Positions 19,922-29,087 of a stretch of 64,000 bases of DNA are shown piece after piece. Source of the DNA: an uncultured Flavobacteriales bacterium. GTDB lineage: Bacteria > Bacteroidota > Bacteroidia > Flavobacteriales_D > Crocinitomicaceae. The number at the start of each line of letters is the position of its first letter. Position 1 is the first letter of the stretch. Below the pieces are notes generated by a model that made no database searches, was not told where the DNA came from, and saw only the letters and a list, made by a program, of their open reading frames with translations. The DNA is taken from the NCBI GenBank assembly GCA_963925035.1, contig CAWUSK010000001.1:7245-71244 (forward strand), given 5' to 3'. Both the position numbers and the translations under genes were made by a program.

Positions 19922-20860
19922 CTAAAATTCTGTTTTGCGTTTCTTTTTTAATTTAAGGCTACCTGCCGAAGTAATGTAAACACCGCAGAAAATAATGAGC
20001 ATATACATTATTTTTTCCAGAGTAATTGCCCCTGTATAATCCTCTGAAAAGCCAATTGCACTGAATAAATAAGCGAAAATAATCACCATCACTGGCTGAA
20101 AATAAATGTAACTGCTAGATACTGACGCTGAAAGATGCTTTAACGCAGAAACAGTTAAAAAGTAGGCCAAGAAGGTTACACAAAGAATAACATATGCGAT
20201 TTTCCACCATATTGCAGCTGGAATAATTGAAAAGTCTGTTACCAATAAATCCCTTATTGTTGGGGGAAATAAAAGCACATAAATTGTTCCAAAGGAAAAG
20301 ACGTAAGTAAGCACCGTTAATGGAGAATAGCGCTGCATCAAAGGTTTTACAAGCACTAAGTATATCCCATAGCTCAATGCATTGATGAATAAAAACAAAT
20401 CTCCTAAGATTGAATCACCTGCTCCTGTGCCTGCTCTTAATGTCAATAATATTGCGCCAACTGCACCAAGTAGAATCCCCAGTGCCTTCATAGGAGTAAT
20501 CGCTTCTTTTAAAACAAAGTAGGCTAAAATTGCGACCATAATTGGATTCAATGTCATAATAATCCCTGCGTTTATCGACGATGATAAGTTCAATCCATGA
20601 AAGAAAAACAATTGATTATTTGCCACTCCAAAAACGCCACAAATAGCGCATAAAAACAGGTCTTTTCGTGCTATTTTCTCTTTAACGCGCAATGATTTTA
20701 CAATCCAAAAAAGTAACGTTGCCGCAGAAACACGAATAGCAATAAACACATTCGGCGTAAGATAAAGTGGCATCACACCCTTAGCGATTAGATGATTTGC
20801 CCCATAAAAAGCGTTGACTGAAAAAAGTGCAATGTGCGCACGTAGAACACTCGGATTCAA
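19922..20860 (-). CDS. EamA/DMT family transporter
   Basis: 312 aa, about 10 hydrophobic helices, two-repeat EamA-like organisation. Confidence 0.8.
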   Translation of the reverse strand: MNPSVLRAHIALFSVNAFYGANHLIAKGVMPLYLTPNVFIAIRVSAATLLFWIVKSLRVKEKIARKDLFLCAICGVFGVANNQLFFFHGLNLSSSINAGIIMTLNPIMVAILAYFVLKEAITPMKALGILLGAVGAILLTLRAGTGAGDSILGDLFLFINALSYGIYLVLVKPLMQRYSPLTVLTYVFSFGTIYVLLFPPTIRDLLVTDFSIIPAAIWWKIAYVILCVTFLAYFLTVSALKHLSASVSSSYIYFQPVMVIIFAYLFSAIGFSEDYTGAITLEKIMYMLIIFCGVYITSAGSLKLKKKRKTEF

Positions 20861-20864
20861 GAAA

Positions 20865-21215
20865 CTAAGAATTAAATGAGTGCTTCGCGGCTTCCACTAC
20901 ATCTTTAGAATTTCCAATGAATACCTCATCGTCATTAATCATAAACGGTCGCTTTAGAAAAGTGTATTCTTCTAACATATACTTTTTATAATCAGACTCT
21001 GACAAACTCTTTTCATTCAAACCCATCGAACGATATTTCATCGCTTTTTTAGAAAACAGTGCTTCGTAAGAGCCTACTTTTTCTTTCAAAAAATCTAATG
21101 TTTTTGCATCAATGTTTTGCTCTTTGATGTTTTGCAATTCAACTCCATCAATATTCAATTCTTTTAGAATCTTTTGATTTGTTGAACAACTTTTTAAGTG
21201 AAAGATCTTCTTCAT
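20865..21215 (-). CDS. ArsC/Spx family thioredoxin-fold protein
   Basis: MKKIFHLKSCSTNQKILKEL has the N-terminal CxxS/T motif and fits in size (~116 aa). The start at 21215 leaves a 1-nt gap to the upstream gene. Confidence 0.7.
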   Translation of the reverse strand: MKKIFHLKSCSTNQKILKELNIDGVELQNIKEQNIDAKTLDFLKEKVGSYEALFSKKAMKYRSMGLNEKSLSESDYKKYMLEEYTFLKRPFMINDDEVFIGNSKDVVEAAKHSFNS

Positions 21216-21216
21216 C

Positions 21217-22143
21217 CTAACGCTTCTTTTGAGTTTCTTTATCCTGGTCGTTTGTTTCAACTGGGGGACAACCTTTCACTTTTTTCTCCAACAAATAAAT
21301 AAATTTAATGTGTGGATAAATCGGCCAATATTTCGAAGAAAACCATTGAAATGCAGGATTTCCAAATGCCGCTTTTTGTGGTGAACCCTTTCCGTTTCCT
21401 GCTAAAATTGAACTTGTACTTTGGTAACCTAAAATCGGCGTTCGTACTCCTGGGATTAAATAACTCCCTCTTTTCAATTTTATACCAAATCCAATACTGT
21501 AGTGCAATTGAACTACTAAAGGATTATACAAACTTCGACGACCAGGGAAAACTTCGCCCAGATAGGCTGAGGACCCATGTACTAATTTATAATCCACATT
21601 TAGTCCAAGGCCGTTGTCAATGAAAAATTGTTTCCCTAGATTGATGTTTTTGTGCAACGTGAATCGAGCAAACGCATGTCCGTTGTAAAATTTACCTGGG
21701 ATGGAAGTGACACTATTAATAACATTTCCCGAAGCATCCAAACGGTCAACTGTTGTTGTTTCTGTTCCGCCGATGTGTTTGTACCCAATTCCCCAATCGT
21801 AGTAACTAACAAGAACTGTTTTTAGCCACAGGGAAAGTTTAGAACGTTTTTTTGGAAAGTGTGCCATTCCAATTTCTGCATAAAACCCCAAAAGTCCATT
21901 TGGGTTATGCGTGTATTGTCCATTGATACTATCTACAGCGTAATCCGCAATTGTAGTGCGATTGTTTTTATCTAAACGCGTAATTGTATACGTCGGTCCC
22001 AATTGAAATTGAATTCCATAATTATTCAAATTTCTGAAATCACGAGATCCAAATGCTTGACTTTTCTTGCTTGGAGTCATATCACGCTGCGCAAATGTGC
22101 CCAGTGATATCAGCAAAACGATAATTATTCCAATTCCTTGCAT
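21217..22143 (-). CDS. putative outer-membrane beta-barrel protein, function unknown
   Basis: Signal peptide MQGIGIIIVLLISLGTFAQ; alternating hydrophobic pattern rich in Gly, Tyr and Asn; no recognised family. Confidence 0.55.
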   Translation of the reverse strand: MQGIGIIIVLLISLGTFAQRDMTPSKKSQAFGSRDFRNLNNYGIQFQLGPTYTITRLDKNNRTTIADYAVDSINGQYTHNPNGLLGFYAEIGMAHFPKKRSKLSLWLKTVLVSYYDWGIGYKHIGGTETTTVDRLDASGNVINSVTSIPGKFYNGHAFARFTLHKNINLGKQFFIDNGLGLNVDYKLVHGSSAYLGEVFPGRRSLYNPLVVQLHYSIGFGIKLKRGSYLIPGVRTPILGYQSTSSILAGNGKGSPQKAAFGNPAFQWFSSKYWPIYPHIKFIYLLEKKVKGCPPVETNDQDKETQKKR

Positions 22144-22144
22144 C

Positions 22145-23521
22145 TTAAATTTTTTCTAAAATTGTATTCATTACTTCTTCCGAGTCCCAATTTGCTTCAA
22201 TATTCGGCAATTCTAGCACCTCCTTCATGATTTTATCTTGACGATTTCCTGTTTCCAACGCTACGCTGTAACGAATATTACTGAACGTTACCATTGAATA
22301 TAACGGCATCCACTTTTCTGGGTACAGTTTTGTGAATTTTGCTTCAATCTTTTTCTGCAATAAAAACTTTGGATCCGCTACAAAATCACGCATTACATGG
22401 TAATTGTACAAGGACAAGTCTTGTAACGCATCTCCATCTGGTTTGCGCATAACACTGTATTCTTCGAAGACCTTATCCCAGTTTTCATTGTGCTTTTGCA
22501 TCAATTCCCACATCACGGAACAATCTTCAAATCCGCCATTCATTCCTTGACCGTAAAACGGAACTGTAGCGTGAGCAGCATCTCCCATCAACGCTATTTT
22601 ACCGTCGTGCCATGGAAATGAACGCATAATTGCCAACGAAGAAAGTGGATGGTCTTCCCATGCATCTGCGACGTTCGGCATCATTTCATAAAAATCTGGG
22701 AAAGTTGTTTTAAAAAATGAATCAACTTCTTCTTTCGTGTTTACCTTGTCAAAAGCATTTTCTCCTCCTTCATGAGGCATAAATAAAGTACACGTAAACG
22801 AACCATCTTCATTCGCTAGAGCTATCAACATAAAACGTCCTCTTGGCCAAATGTGCAATGAGTTTTTATCCATTGGATAATCTCCATTCAGTAAAGCAGG
22901 AAGTAATAATTCACGGTATCCGTCAGCAATAAAGTTTTGACTAAAGTTAAAACGATCTAATTTTTGAAATGCATGGTAGCGAACTGCTGAAAAAGCGCCA
23001 TCTGCAGCAAAAACAACATCCGCCTTCGCTTCAAACACTTCTCCATTTGACTTTCTTTTCATATGGACAATGCCGTTCTTGGTGTCAGCATCAATGCACT
23101 CCACATTATAGTGAATTTCTGCTTTACCAAACTTCTCTGCAATGTCCATCATGCGCGCATTCACTCCACCACGAGAAACAGAATAAATTGCTTCACCTTC
23201 TTTTCCATAAGGTTGATAGGTTAAATTTCCCTCCACATCATGCATTGTTCTCCCAAACATTGGAATGGCAATTTCACGAATTTCATCTCCTACTCCAACA
23301 GTGTCTAGGGCTTTCCAGCCACGTGTTGAAAGTGATAAGTTAATTGATTTTCCAGCAGAAATTTCCGCTTTTCGGATATCCGAACGACGTTCGTAGATCG
23401 TTACTTTATATCCGGCTCTCGAAAGATATACCGCCCAAAGAGATCCTACTAATCCCGCTCCAATAATGATTGCACTTTTATTTTGTTCCATAATAAATCT
23501 TCCTAGTTTTTTCTTTTCCAT
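22145..23521 (-). CDS. kmo: kynurenine 3-monooxygenase (FAD-dependent)
   Basis: Rossmann motif IIIGAGLVGS, plus the DGAFSAVR and GDAAHATVPFYGQGMN blocks of KMO-type flavin monooxygenases. The true start may be the internal ATG at 23491 (MEQNK...). Confidence 0.9.
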   Translation of the reverse strand: MEKKKLGRFIMEQNKSAIIIGAGLVGSLWAVYLSRAGYKVTIYERRSDIRKAEISAGKSINLSLSTRGWKALDTVGVGDEIREIAIPMFGRTMHDVEGNLTYQPYGKEGEAIYSVSRGGVNARMMDIAEKFGKAEIHYNVECIDADTKNGIVHMKRKSNGEVFEAKADVVFAADGAFSAVRYHAFQKLDRFNFSQNFIADGYRELLLPALLNGDYPMDKNSLHIWPRGRFMLIALANEDGSFTCTLFMPHEGGENAFDKVNTKEEVDSFFKTTFPDFYEMMPNVADAWEDHPLSSLAIMRSFPWHDGKIALMGDAAHATVPFYGQGMNGGFEDCSVMWELMQKHNENWDKVFEEYSVMRKPDGDALQDLSLYNYHVMRDFVADPKFLLQKKIEAKFTKLYPEKWMPLYSMVTFSNIRYSVALETGNRQDKIMKEVLELPNIEANWDSEEVMNTILEKI

Positions 23522-23727
23522 CCTTTGGAATAGGATGTTTCAAAATATTGTTTTCTAGACCTTTCGGCTAATTTTCGTTTGTGTAAAACATTACTCGCCC
23601 TCCAAATCACAATTCCACCAATTATCACAGCAACCGCTTGAATAGCCAAACTTGTATAAGATGACATTTCACTCAAGCCTCCTGAATAATTTGCTCTAAT
23701 CAACGTTTGTAGTGTTAACTCGTCCAT
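23503..23727 (-). CDS. small single-pass membrane protein (74 aa), unknown function
   Basis: One hydrophobic helix (LAIQAVAVIIGGIVIW) followed by a basic tail. Sits between kynU and kmo. Confidence 0.45.
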   Translation of the reverse strand: MDELTLQTLIRANYSGGLSEMSSYTSLAIQAVAVIIGGIVIWRASNVLHKRKLAERSRKQYFETSYSKGWKRKN

Positions 23728-23766
23728 GCGTTTTTTATTTTATTATCCCTAAAGTTACAAATTCTA

Positions 23767-25044
23767 TTATTGGATTGCGGCTTCTAGGCACTTTCCAAAA
23801 CGGTAACAATCTTCAAACGAATTGTACAAAGGGGCTGGAGCAATACGAATTACGTTTGGCTCTCTCCAATCTGCTATTACACCTTGACTTGTAAGTGCGT
23901 CAAACAGTGCTTTTCCCTGTCCATGTGCGACAATGGATAACTGCGCTCCACGTTTTGTTTTATCTCTCGGCGTGATAATCTCCAATTGACATCTCTCCAC
24001 GTTTCGGTTAGAAATTTCATCAATTACAAATTCCATATACGCTGTCATTTTATCTCTTTTGGCACCAATTCTGTCCATTCCAGCTTCAGCAAAAATATCC
24101 AACGAAGCCAAATGTGCCGCCATCCCCAAAATTGGTGCGTTGCTCAATTGCCAGCCTTCCGCACCGCGCATTGGATTAAACCCCGGTTCCATTTGAAAAC
24201 GTGTTTCTTTATCGTAGCCCCACCACCCTGCAAATCTTGGAAGTTCTGGATTGTATGCATGGCGTTCATGAACGAAAATCCCTGAAACGCCCCCTGGAGA
24301 AGAATTTAAATATTTATATCCACACCACGCAGCAAAGTCAACTCCCCAATCGTGTAGTTTTAAATTGATGTTCCCAGCGGCGTGTGCTAGGTCAAAGCCA
24401 ACTGTTGCTCCAACGGCATGACCTGCTTTTGTTATGTTTGCCATATCGAAAAGTTGACCCGTAAAGTAGTTCACTCCGCCAATCATTACCATTGCAAGTT
24501 CATCTCCTACTTCGTTGATTTTAGCAATGATGTCCTCTTCGTTGATTAAAACTTCTCCTTCTCGAGGCGCAATTTCAATTAAATTCTCTTTTAAATTAAG
24601 TCCATGGAATTTAACCTGAGATTCAAGTGCGTATTGATCGCTAGGGAAAGCCTTTGCTTCACAAATAATTTTTGTTCGCTTCCCTTCTGGTCGGTAAAAC
24701 GATACCATCAAAAGGTGTAAATTAGTCGTAAGTGAATGAGTAATTACTACTTCTTGTGGTTTTGCACCAACGACATTAGCGGCTTTTTCTGTTAAAAACT
24801 CATGATAAGCAAACCAAGGTTTCTCTGCTAAAAAATGTCCTTCAACACCAAACTTAGCCCAAGCATCGAGTTCTTTTTTTATGTAGTCACTCGTAGACTT
24901 TGGCTGTAAACCAAGTGAATTTCCTGTTAGGTATACTACTTCATTTGCATGAAATGTTGGGAAATAAAATTTGTCGCGAAATGCTTTTAATGGGTCTTTT
25001 GAGTCCATTTCTCGCGAAAATTCGATGGTGTTTTGATAAACCAT
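23767..25044 (-). CDS. kynU: kynureninase (PLP-dependent)
   Basis: 425 aa of aminotransferase class V fold, with the CGYKYLNSSPGG block carrying the PLP lysine and overall kynureninase-like sequence. Confidence 0.9.
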   Translation of the reverse strand: MVYQNTIEFSREMDSKDPLKAFRDKFYFPTFHANEVVYLTGNSLGLQPKSTSDYIKKELDAWAKFGVEGHFLAEKPWFAYHEFLTEKAANVVGAKPQEVVITHSLTTNLHLLMVSFYRPEGKRTKIICEAKAFPSDQYALESQVKFHGLNLKENLIEIAPREGEVLINEEDIIAKINEVGDELAMVMIGGVNYFTGQLFDMANITKAGHAVGATVGFDLAHAAGNINLKLHDWGVDFAAWCGYKYLNSSPGGVSGIFVHERHAYNPELPRFAGWWGYDKETRFQMEPGFNPMRGAEGWQLSNAPILGMAAHLASLDIFAEAGMDRIGAKRDKMTAYMEFVIDEISNRNVERCQLEIITPRDKTKRGAQLSIVAHGQGKALFDALTSQGVIADWREPNVIRIAPAPLYNSFEDCYRFGKCLEAAIQ

Positions 25045-25081
25045 TGCAATATTGAATTTTTAAGAATCGTATAATCGAATC

Positions 25082-25089
25082 CAAAGATA
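25082..25089 (-). promoter_or_regulatory. candidate -7 box (TATCTTTG on minus strand) for kynU
   Basis: Exact TAnnTTTG match 37 nt upstream of the kynU start. Confidence 0.35.
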
Positions 25090-25190
25090 AGTATAACATT
25101 TTGAAATTTGGACTATAGGTCGCATGCCTTTTGATTTTTCTCTTGTGGCGATTTTTAGCCGTGATTTATTCAATTAAAGCGTGATATTAC

Positions 25191-25198
25191 TACCTTTG
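25191..25198 (+). promoter_or_regulatory. candidate -7 box TACCTTTG for hemL
   Basis: Exact TAnnTTTG match 22 nt upstream of the ATG at 25221. Confidence 0.4.
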
Positions 25199-25220
25199 TT
25201 TACGAAGAAAATTAAGAACA

Positions 25221-26531
25221 ATGGAAACCAAAAAAGCAATTTCTCGCGCAACCTCGGAACAATTATTTGAAACAGCAAAAACATATTTCCCAGGTGGTGT
25301 TAATTCTCCTGTACGCGCCTTTAAATCAGTTCAGGGCGCTCCATTGTTTATAAAAAAGGGAGATGGATGCATGATTTGGGACGAAGACGGAAATGAATTT
25401 ATAGATTTTTGCTGCAGTTGGGGGCCCCTTATCTTAGGACATAATCACCAAGGAATTTATAGAAAGGTTGTTCAAACACTTCAAAACGGAACTAGTTTCG
25501 GGGCACCAACAAAATTGGAAAATGAATTAGCAGAACTCATTCTCTCTCGCAATCCATACATCGACAAATTGCGATTTGTAAGTTCCGGAACTGAAGCTGT
25601 AATGTCTGCTTTGCGTTTGGCTCGAGGTTATACTGGAAGAAAAAAGGTTTTAAAGTTTGAGGGATGTTATCATGGTCATTCAGATTTCTTATTAGTAAAG
25701 GCGGGAAGTGGATTGGTTACTTTTGGTGAATCTTCTAGTGCGGGAGTTCCTGCAGAGTTCGCAAATGAAACACTTGTATTGCCATTAAACGATATTGATG
25801 CGTTGCGAGCTTGTTTCAAAGAATACGGAAGCGAAATTGCGTGTGCAATTATTGAACCAATTCCAGCAAATAACGGATTGCTGCTGCAAGAAAAGATTTT
25901 CTTGAGCGAACTTCGAAATATTTGTACGGAATACAAATCGCTCTTATTTTTTGATGAAGTGATTTCTGGATTTAGGGTTGGATTCAATGGAGCTGCAGAA
26001 TTGTTTGGAATAAGGCCAGATATCATCACTTACGGAAAAATAATTGGCGGTGGATTGCCGGTCGGAGCATACGGTGCTCGCAATGAAATTATGTCCCAAG
26101 TTTCTCCTGATGGCCCTGTTTACCAAGCAGGAACACTTTCTGGAAACCCTGTTGCAATGGCTGCGGGAATTGCTCAATTGACAGAATGTGCTAAACCTGG
26201 TTTTTATGAAGATCAGGAGGCTCGCACAAAAACGTTCGTTGAAAAAATTAATTCCTATGCAAAACAGAACAATTTCGATTTCGAATTGGTAACAATTGCA
26301 TCGGTATTTTGGATTTCATTTGATGGAAAACGAAATATCCACCGTGCAGATGAAATTAATCCAGATATGACAAAGTTCAGTCGTTTACACTGGTCTTTAT
26401 TAAATCATGGTCTTTATATTGGCCCAAGTGGCTACGAGGTTGGATTTATTTCTCAAGCGCACACCGTCTCTGTTTTAGAAGCTGCTGCAGATTTATTCTG
26501 TCAATGCTTAGATGAAGTTTTTAAGGCATAA
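25221..26531 (+). CDS. hemL: glutamate-1-semialdehyde 2,1-aminomutase
   Basis: 436 aa with GGVNSPVRAF, SGTEAVM and YGKIIGGGLPVGAYG (PLP lysine) blocks. Confidence 0.95.
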   Translation: METKKAISRATSEQLFETAKTYFPGGVNSPVRAFKSVQGAPLFIKKGDGCMIWDEDGNEFIDFCCSWGPLILGHNHQGIYRKVVQTLQNGTSFGAPTKLENELAELILSRNPYIDKLRFVSSGTEAVMSALRLARGYTGRKKVLKFEGCYHGHSDFLLVKAGSGLVTFGESSSAGVPAEFANETLVLPLNDIDALRACFKEYGSEIACAIIEPIPANNGLLLQEKIFLSELRNICTEYKSLLFFDEVISGFRVGFNGAAELFGIRPDIITYGKIIGGGLPVGAYGARNEIMSQVSPDGPVYQAGTLSGNPVAMAAGIAQLTECAKPGFYEDQEARTKTFVEKINSYAKQNNFDFELVTIASVFWISFDGKRNIHRADEINPDMTKFSRLHWSLLNHGLYIGPSGYEVGFISQAHTVSVLEAAADLFCQCLDEVFKA

Positions 26532-26533
26532 AA

Positions 26534-26559
26534 AAACTCTTTTCACATGAAAAGAGTTT
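26534..26559. terminator. bidirectional rho-independent terminator
   Basis: Perfect 11-bp stem aaactcttttc / gaaaagagttt with loop acat, between convergent genes ending at 26531 and 26582. Confidence 0.75.
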
Positions 26560-26581
26560 AAATTATTTGTTTTTGAAGCTT

Positions 26582-27025
26582 CTAATTGTCAGAGTGTTCT
26601 GCTTCTTCTTCCATTTCAATCTTGATTGGAGCGTTTTCTCTATTTTCCAATTCATTGATTTTTTTATCCGCATCTGGTCCAAAGAATACTGCTTCGGTTT
26701 CATTCCCATTTTCAATTCTTCGAATGGTCAACTTACTAATACCATTAACATCTTCAATTTTAAACTCCTCCCTTATTTCTTGAGAAGAAACGATTTTTTC
26801 TTCATCCACTTTTTCCAATTCCGCTAACTTTAATTCTGCTTCCACACCAATAAAAACTTCACTAGTGATTTTATCTTCATCAGTTGTTGTTATTGTCAAT
26901 GTAATTTCGTCATTAAGCATTTCCATATGCACTTCTTTACGAATTTGACGTGTGTCTCCTTGTGCAAAAGTTTCATTGAGTAATGAAATAGTAATAAGAG
27001 CAAAAAGTAAAATCGTGCTTTTCAT
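26582..27025 (-). CDS. secreted acidic protein (147 aa), unknown function
   Basis: Signal peptide MKSTILLFALITISLLNETFA. The mature part is very rich in Glu, Asp and Ile. Confidence 0.55.
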   Translation of the reverse strand: MKSTILLFALITISLLNETFAQGDTRQIRKEVHMEMLNDEITLTITTTDEDKITSEVFIGVEAELKLAELEKVDEEKIVSSQEIREEFKIEDVNGISKLTIRRIENGNETEAVFFGPDADKKINELENRENAPIKIEMEEEAEHSDN

Positions 27026-27039
27026 TTTATCGTTTTTTT

Positions 27040-27047
27040 CAAAATTA
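27040..27047 (-). promoter_or_regulatory. candidate -7 box (TAATTTTG on minus strand) for the acidic secreted protein gene
   Basis: Exact TAnnTTTG match 14 nt upstream of the start at 27023-27025. Confidence 0.4.
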
Positions 27048-27130
27048 AGCCCTTTTTATTATTTCACAATTTTTTTGCCGTTAAATGATGTTAAGGCTAT
27101 TATTTCTATTTTTATGACAAACACGCACTT

Positions 27131-28258
27131 ATGTCAAAGCTTCCTAATGTTGGGACAACTATTTTCACTACCATGTCAAAATTGGCAATTGAAAATAACG
27201 CCATTAACCTTTCACAAGGATTTCCGAATTTCCCGGTCGATCCTGTTTTAACTTCCATTTTAGAAGAGAACGCTTCAGGAAACACGCATCAATATGCGCC
27301 CATGCAAGGAAATTCCATGTTGCTTTCAGAAGTTTCAAAACTGATAAAACGAAGTTACGGAAGAACCGTTTCGGAAAATGACGAGACTTTAATTACGGCT
27401 GGCGCCACCCAAGCAATATTCACAACACTCATGGCGCTTATTTACAATGGCGATGAAGTTGTTATTCTAGATCCAAGTTATGATTGTTACGAACCTTCGG
27501 TTATTTTGGCGGGAGGAAAACCAATTCGTGTCTCACTCGATAATGAATTTCTACCTGATTGGGAACAAATCAATAATGCGGTAAACTCTAAAACGAAATT
27601 AATTATTACCAATAATCCACACAACCCTTCTGGAAGAACATGGCAAGAGTCTGATATTCAACAGCTGGAGCGAATTTCAGGAAAGCATCCTCAACTTCTG
27701 ATTCTATCAGATGAAGTTTACGAATATATTACATTTGAGAACAAACACATCTCTGTGCATTCTAGGCCTAAACTAATCGATAGAAGTATTGTTGTATCTT
27801 CTTTTGGTAAAACCTTTCATATCACCGGTTGGAAAATTGGTTATTTGGTCGCTCCAAAAAGGTTAATCACTGAAATAAAAAAAGTACATCAATTTAATGT
27901 CTTTAGTGTAAACAGTGTCGCACAGCAAAGTTTAGCAGATTACCTTACTGTAACAGACGTAACAACTCTAGGTCCCTTTTATCAGCAAAAACGTGATTTA
28001 TTTCGTCAATTAATGGCGAAATCTAAATTCAAACTTCTTCCATGTGAAGGCACTTATTTTCAAACCGCTGATTATTCACAAATTTCAAATGAAGACGACA
28101 CACTGTTTTGCGAACGGTTAACAAAAGAACATGGTGTTGCTTCCATTCCAATTTCGGTTTTTAACAATGACCCAAAAGCCACTAAAATAATACGGTTTTG
28201 TTTCGCCAAAGATGAAGAAACACTTACGAAAGCAGCAGAATTATTATGCAAGATTTAA
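27131..28258 (+). CDS. PLP-dependent aminotransferase class I (YbdL/MtnE-like methionine/glutamine transaminase)
   Basis: 375 aa with INLSQGFPNF, NPHNPSG and SSFGKTFHITGWKIGY (PLP lysine) blocks. Confidence 0.85.
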   Translation: MSKLPNVGTTIFTTMSKLAIENNAINLSQGFPNFPVDPVLTSILEENASGNTHQYAPMQGNSMLLSEVSKLIKRSYGRTVSENDETLITAGATQAIFTTLMALIYNGDEVVILDPSYDCYEPSVILAGGKPIRVSLDNEFLPDWEQINNAVNSKTKLIITNNPHNPSGRTWQESDIQQLERISGKHPQLLILSDEVYEYITFENKHISVHSRPKLIDRSIVVSSFGKTFHITGWKIGYLVAPKRLITEIKKVHQFNVFSVNSVAQQSLADYLTVTDVTTLGPFYQQKRDLFRQLMAKSKFKLLPCEGTYFQTADYSQISNEDDTLFCERLTKEHGVASIPISVFNNDPKATKIIRFCFAKDEETLTKAAELLCKI

Positions 28259-29016
28259 AAGTAGCACTCGTTCAAGCAAATCAAGTTTGGGAAGATAAGC
28301 TTGCCAATTTTGAAAATTACACGGTGCTCCTAAAGAATGTCGATGTCGATTTAATAGTACTCCCTGAAATGTTTCAGACCGGATTTAGCATGAATACAAC
28401 TAAATTGGCTGAAGAATGGCAGAAAAGCCCATCTGTTGATTGGTTAACATCTCTCTCCCGATCGAAAAATTCGGCCATATATACAAGTCTAATGATTGCT
28501 GAAAACGGTAATTATTACAATCGGGGAGTTTTTGTATATCCAAGTGGCGACATAAAAGTATACGACAAACGCAAGACATTTAGCTTGGCTGGGGAAAATA
28601 AGTTTTTCAATTCAGGTAAAAATGAAACTATTGTTGAATACCTGGGGTGGAAAATACAACTGCAAATTTGTTACGATTTAAGATTTCCTGAAATCTCGCG
28701 AAATTATTTATTACCCAACCTAACTCCAGCGTATGACGTTCTGCTTTATGTAGCGAATTGGCCTGAAAAACGTGTTTCACATTGGAATGCACTTTTGAAA
28801 GCACGCGCTATAGAAAATCAAGCCTACGTTTTAGGGACTAATCGAGTTGGAGTGGATGCAAACGATATTGTATATTCAGGTGATACGCAAATTCTAAACG
28901 CCATAGGTGAGGTTATCGATCTTAATATAAGAGAAGAGAATGTGTTAATAACAACTTTAAAAAAGGACAGTTTAAATAGCGTGAGAAAAACACTTCCTTT
29001 TTTATCCGATTGTTAA
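28246..29016 (+). CDS. carbon-nitrogen hydrolase (YafV-like omega-amidase)
   Basis: 256 aa with nitrilase-superfamily catalytic residues: Glu in LPEMF and Cys in LQICYDLRFPE. Overlaps the aminotransferase gene by 13 nt. Confidence 0.85.
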   Translation: MQDLKVALVQANQVWEDKLANFENYTVLLKNVDVDLIVLPEMFQTGFSMNTTKLAEEWQKSPSVDWLTSLSRSKNSAIYTSLMIAENGNYYNRGVFVYPSGDIKVYDKRKTFSLAGENKFFNSGKNETIVEYLGWKIQLQICYDLRFPEISRNYLLPNLTPAYDVLLYVANWPEKRVSHWNALLKARAIENQAYVLGTNRVGVDANDIVYSGDTQILNAIGEVIDLNIREENVLITTLKKDSLNSVRKTLPFLSDC

Positions 29017-29053
29017 TATTAACAAATTGATTATTCAATAATTAAGATATGTT

Positions 29054-29061
29054 TATATTTG
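29054..29061 (+). promoter_or_regulatory. candidate -7 box TATATTTG for the T9SS cargo gene
   Basis: Exact TAnnTTTG match 26 nt upstream of the ATG at 29088. It lies inside the longer track ORF and so supports the shorter start. Confidence 0.4.
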
Positions 29062-29087
29062 TAACACTTATTAAAAAAAATCAAGAC

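Noticed and set aside
22969-23343. 124-aa plus-strand ORF inside kmo
   Set aside because: It is antisense to kmo and its composition (His, Leu and Gln rich) is typical of a non-coding frame.
26567-26827. Plus-strand ORFs (86 and 65 aa) opposite the acidic secreted protein gene
   Set aside because: The minus-strand frame has a clear signal peptide, a -7 box and a terminator. The plus-strand frames are Phe/Ile/Ser-rich shadows.
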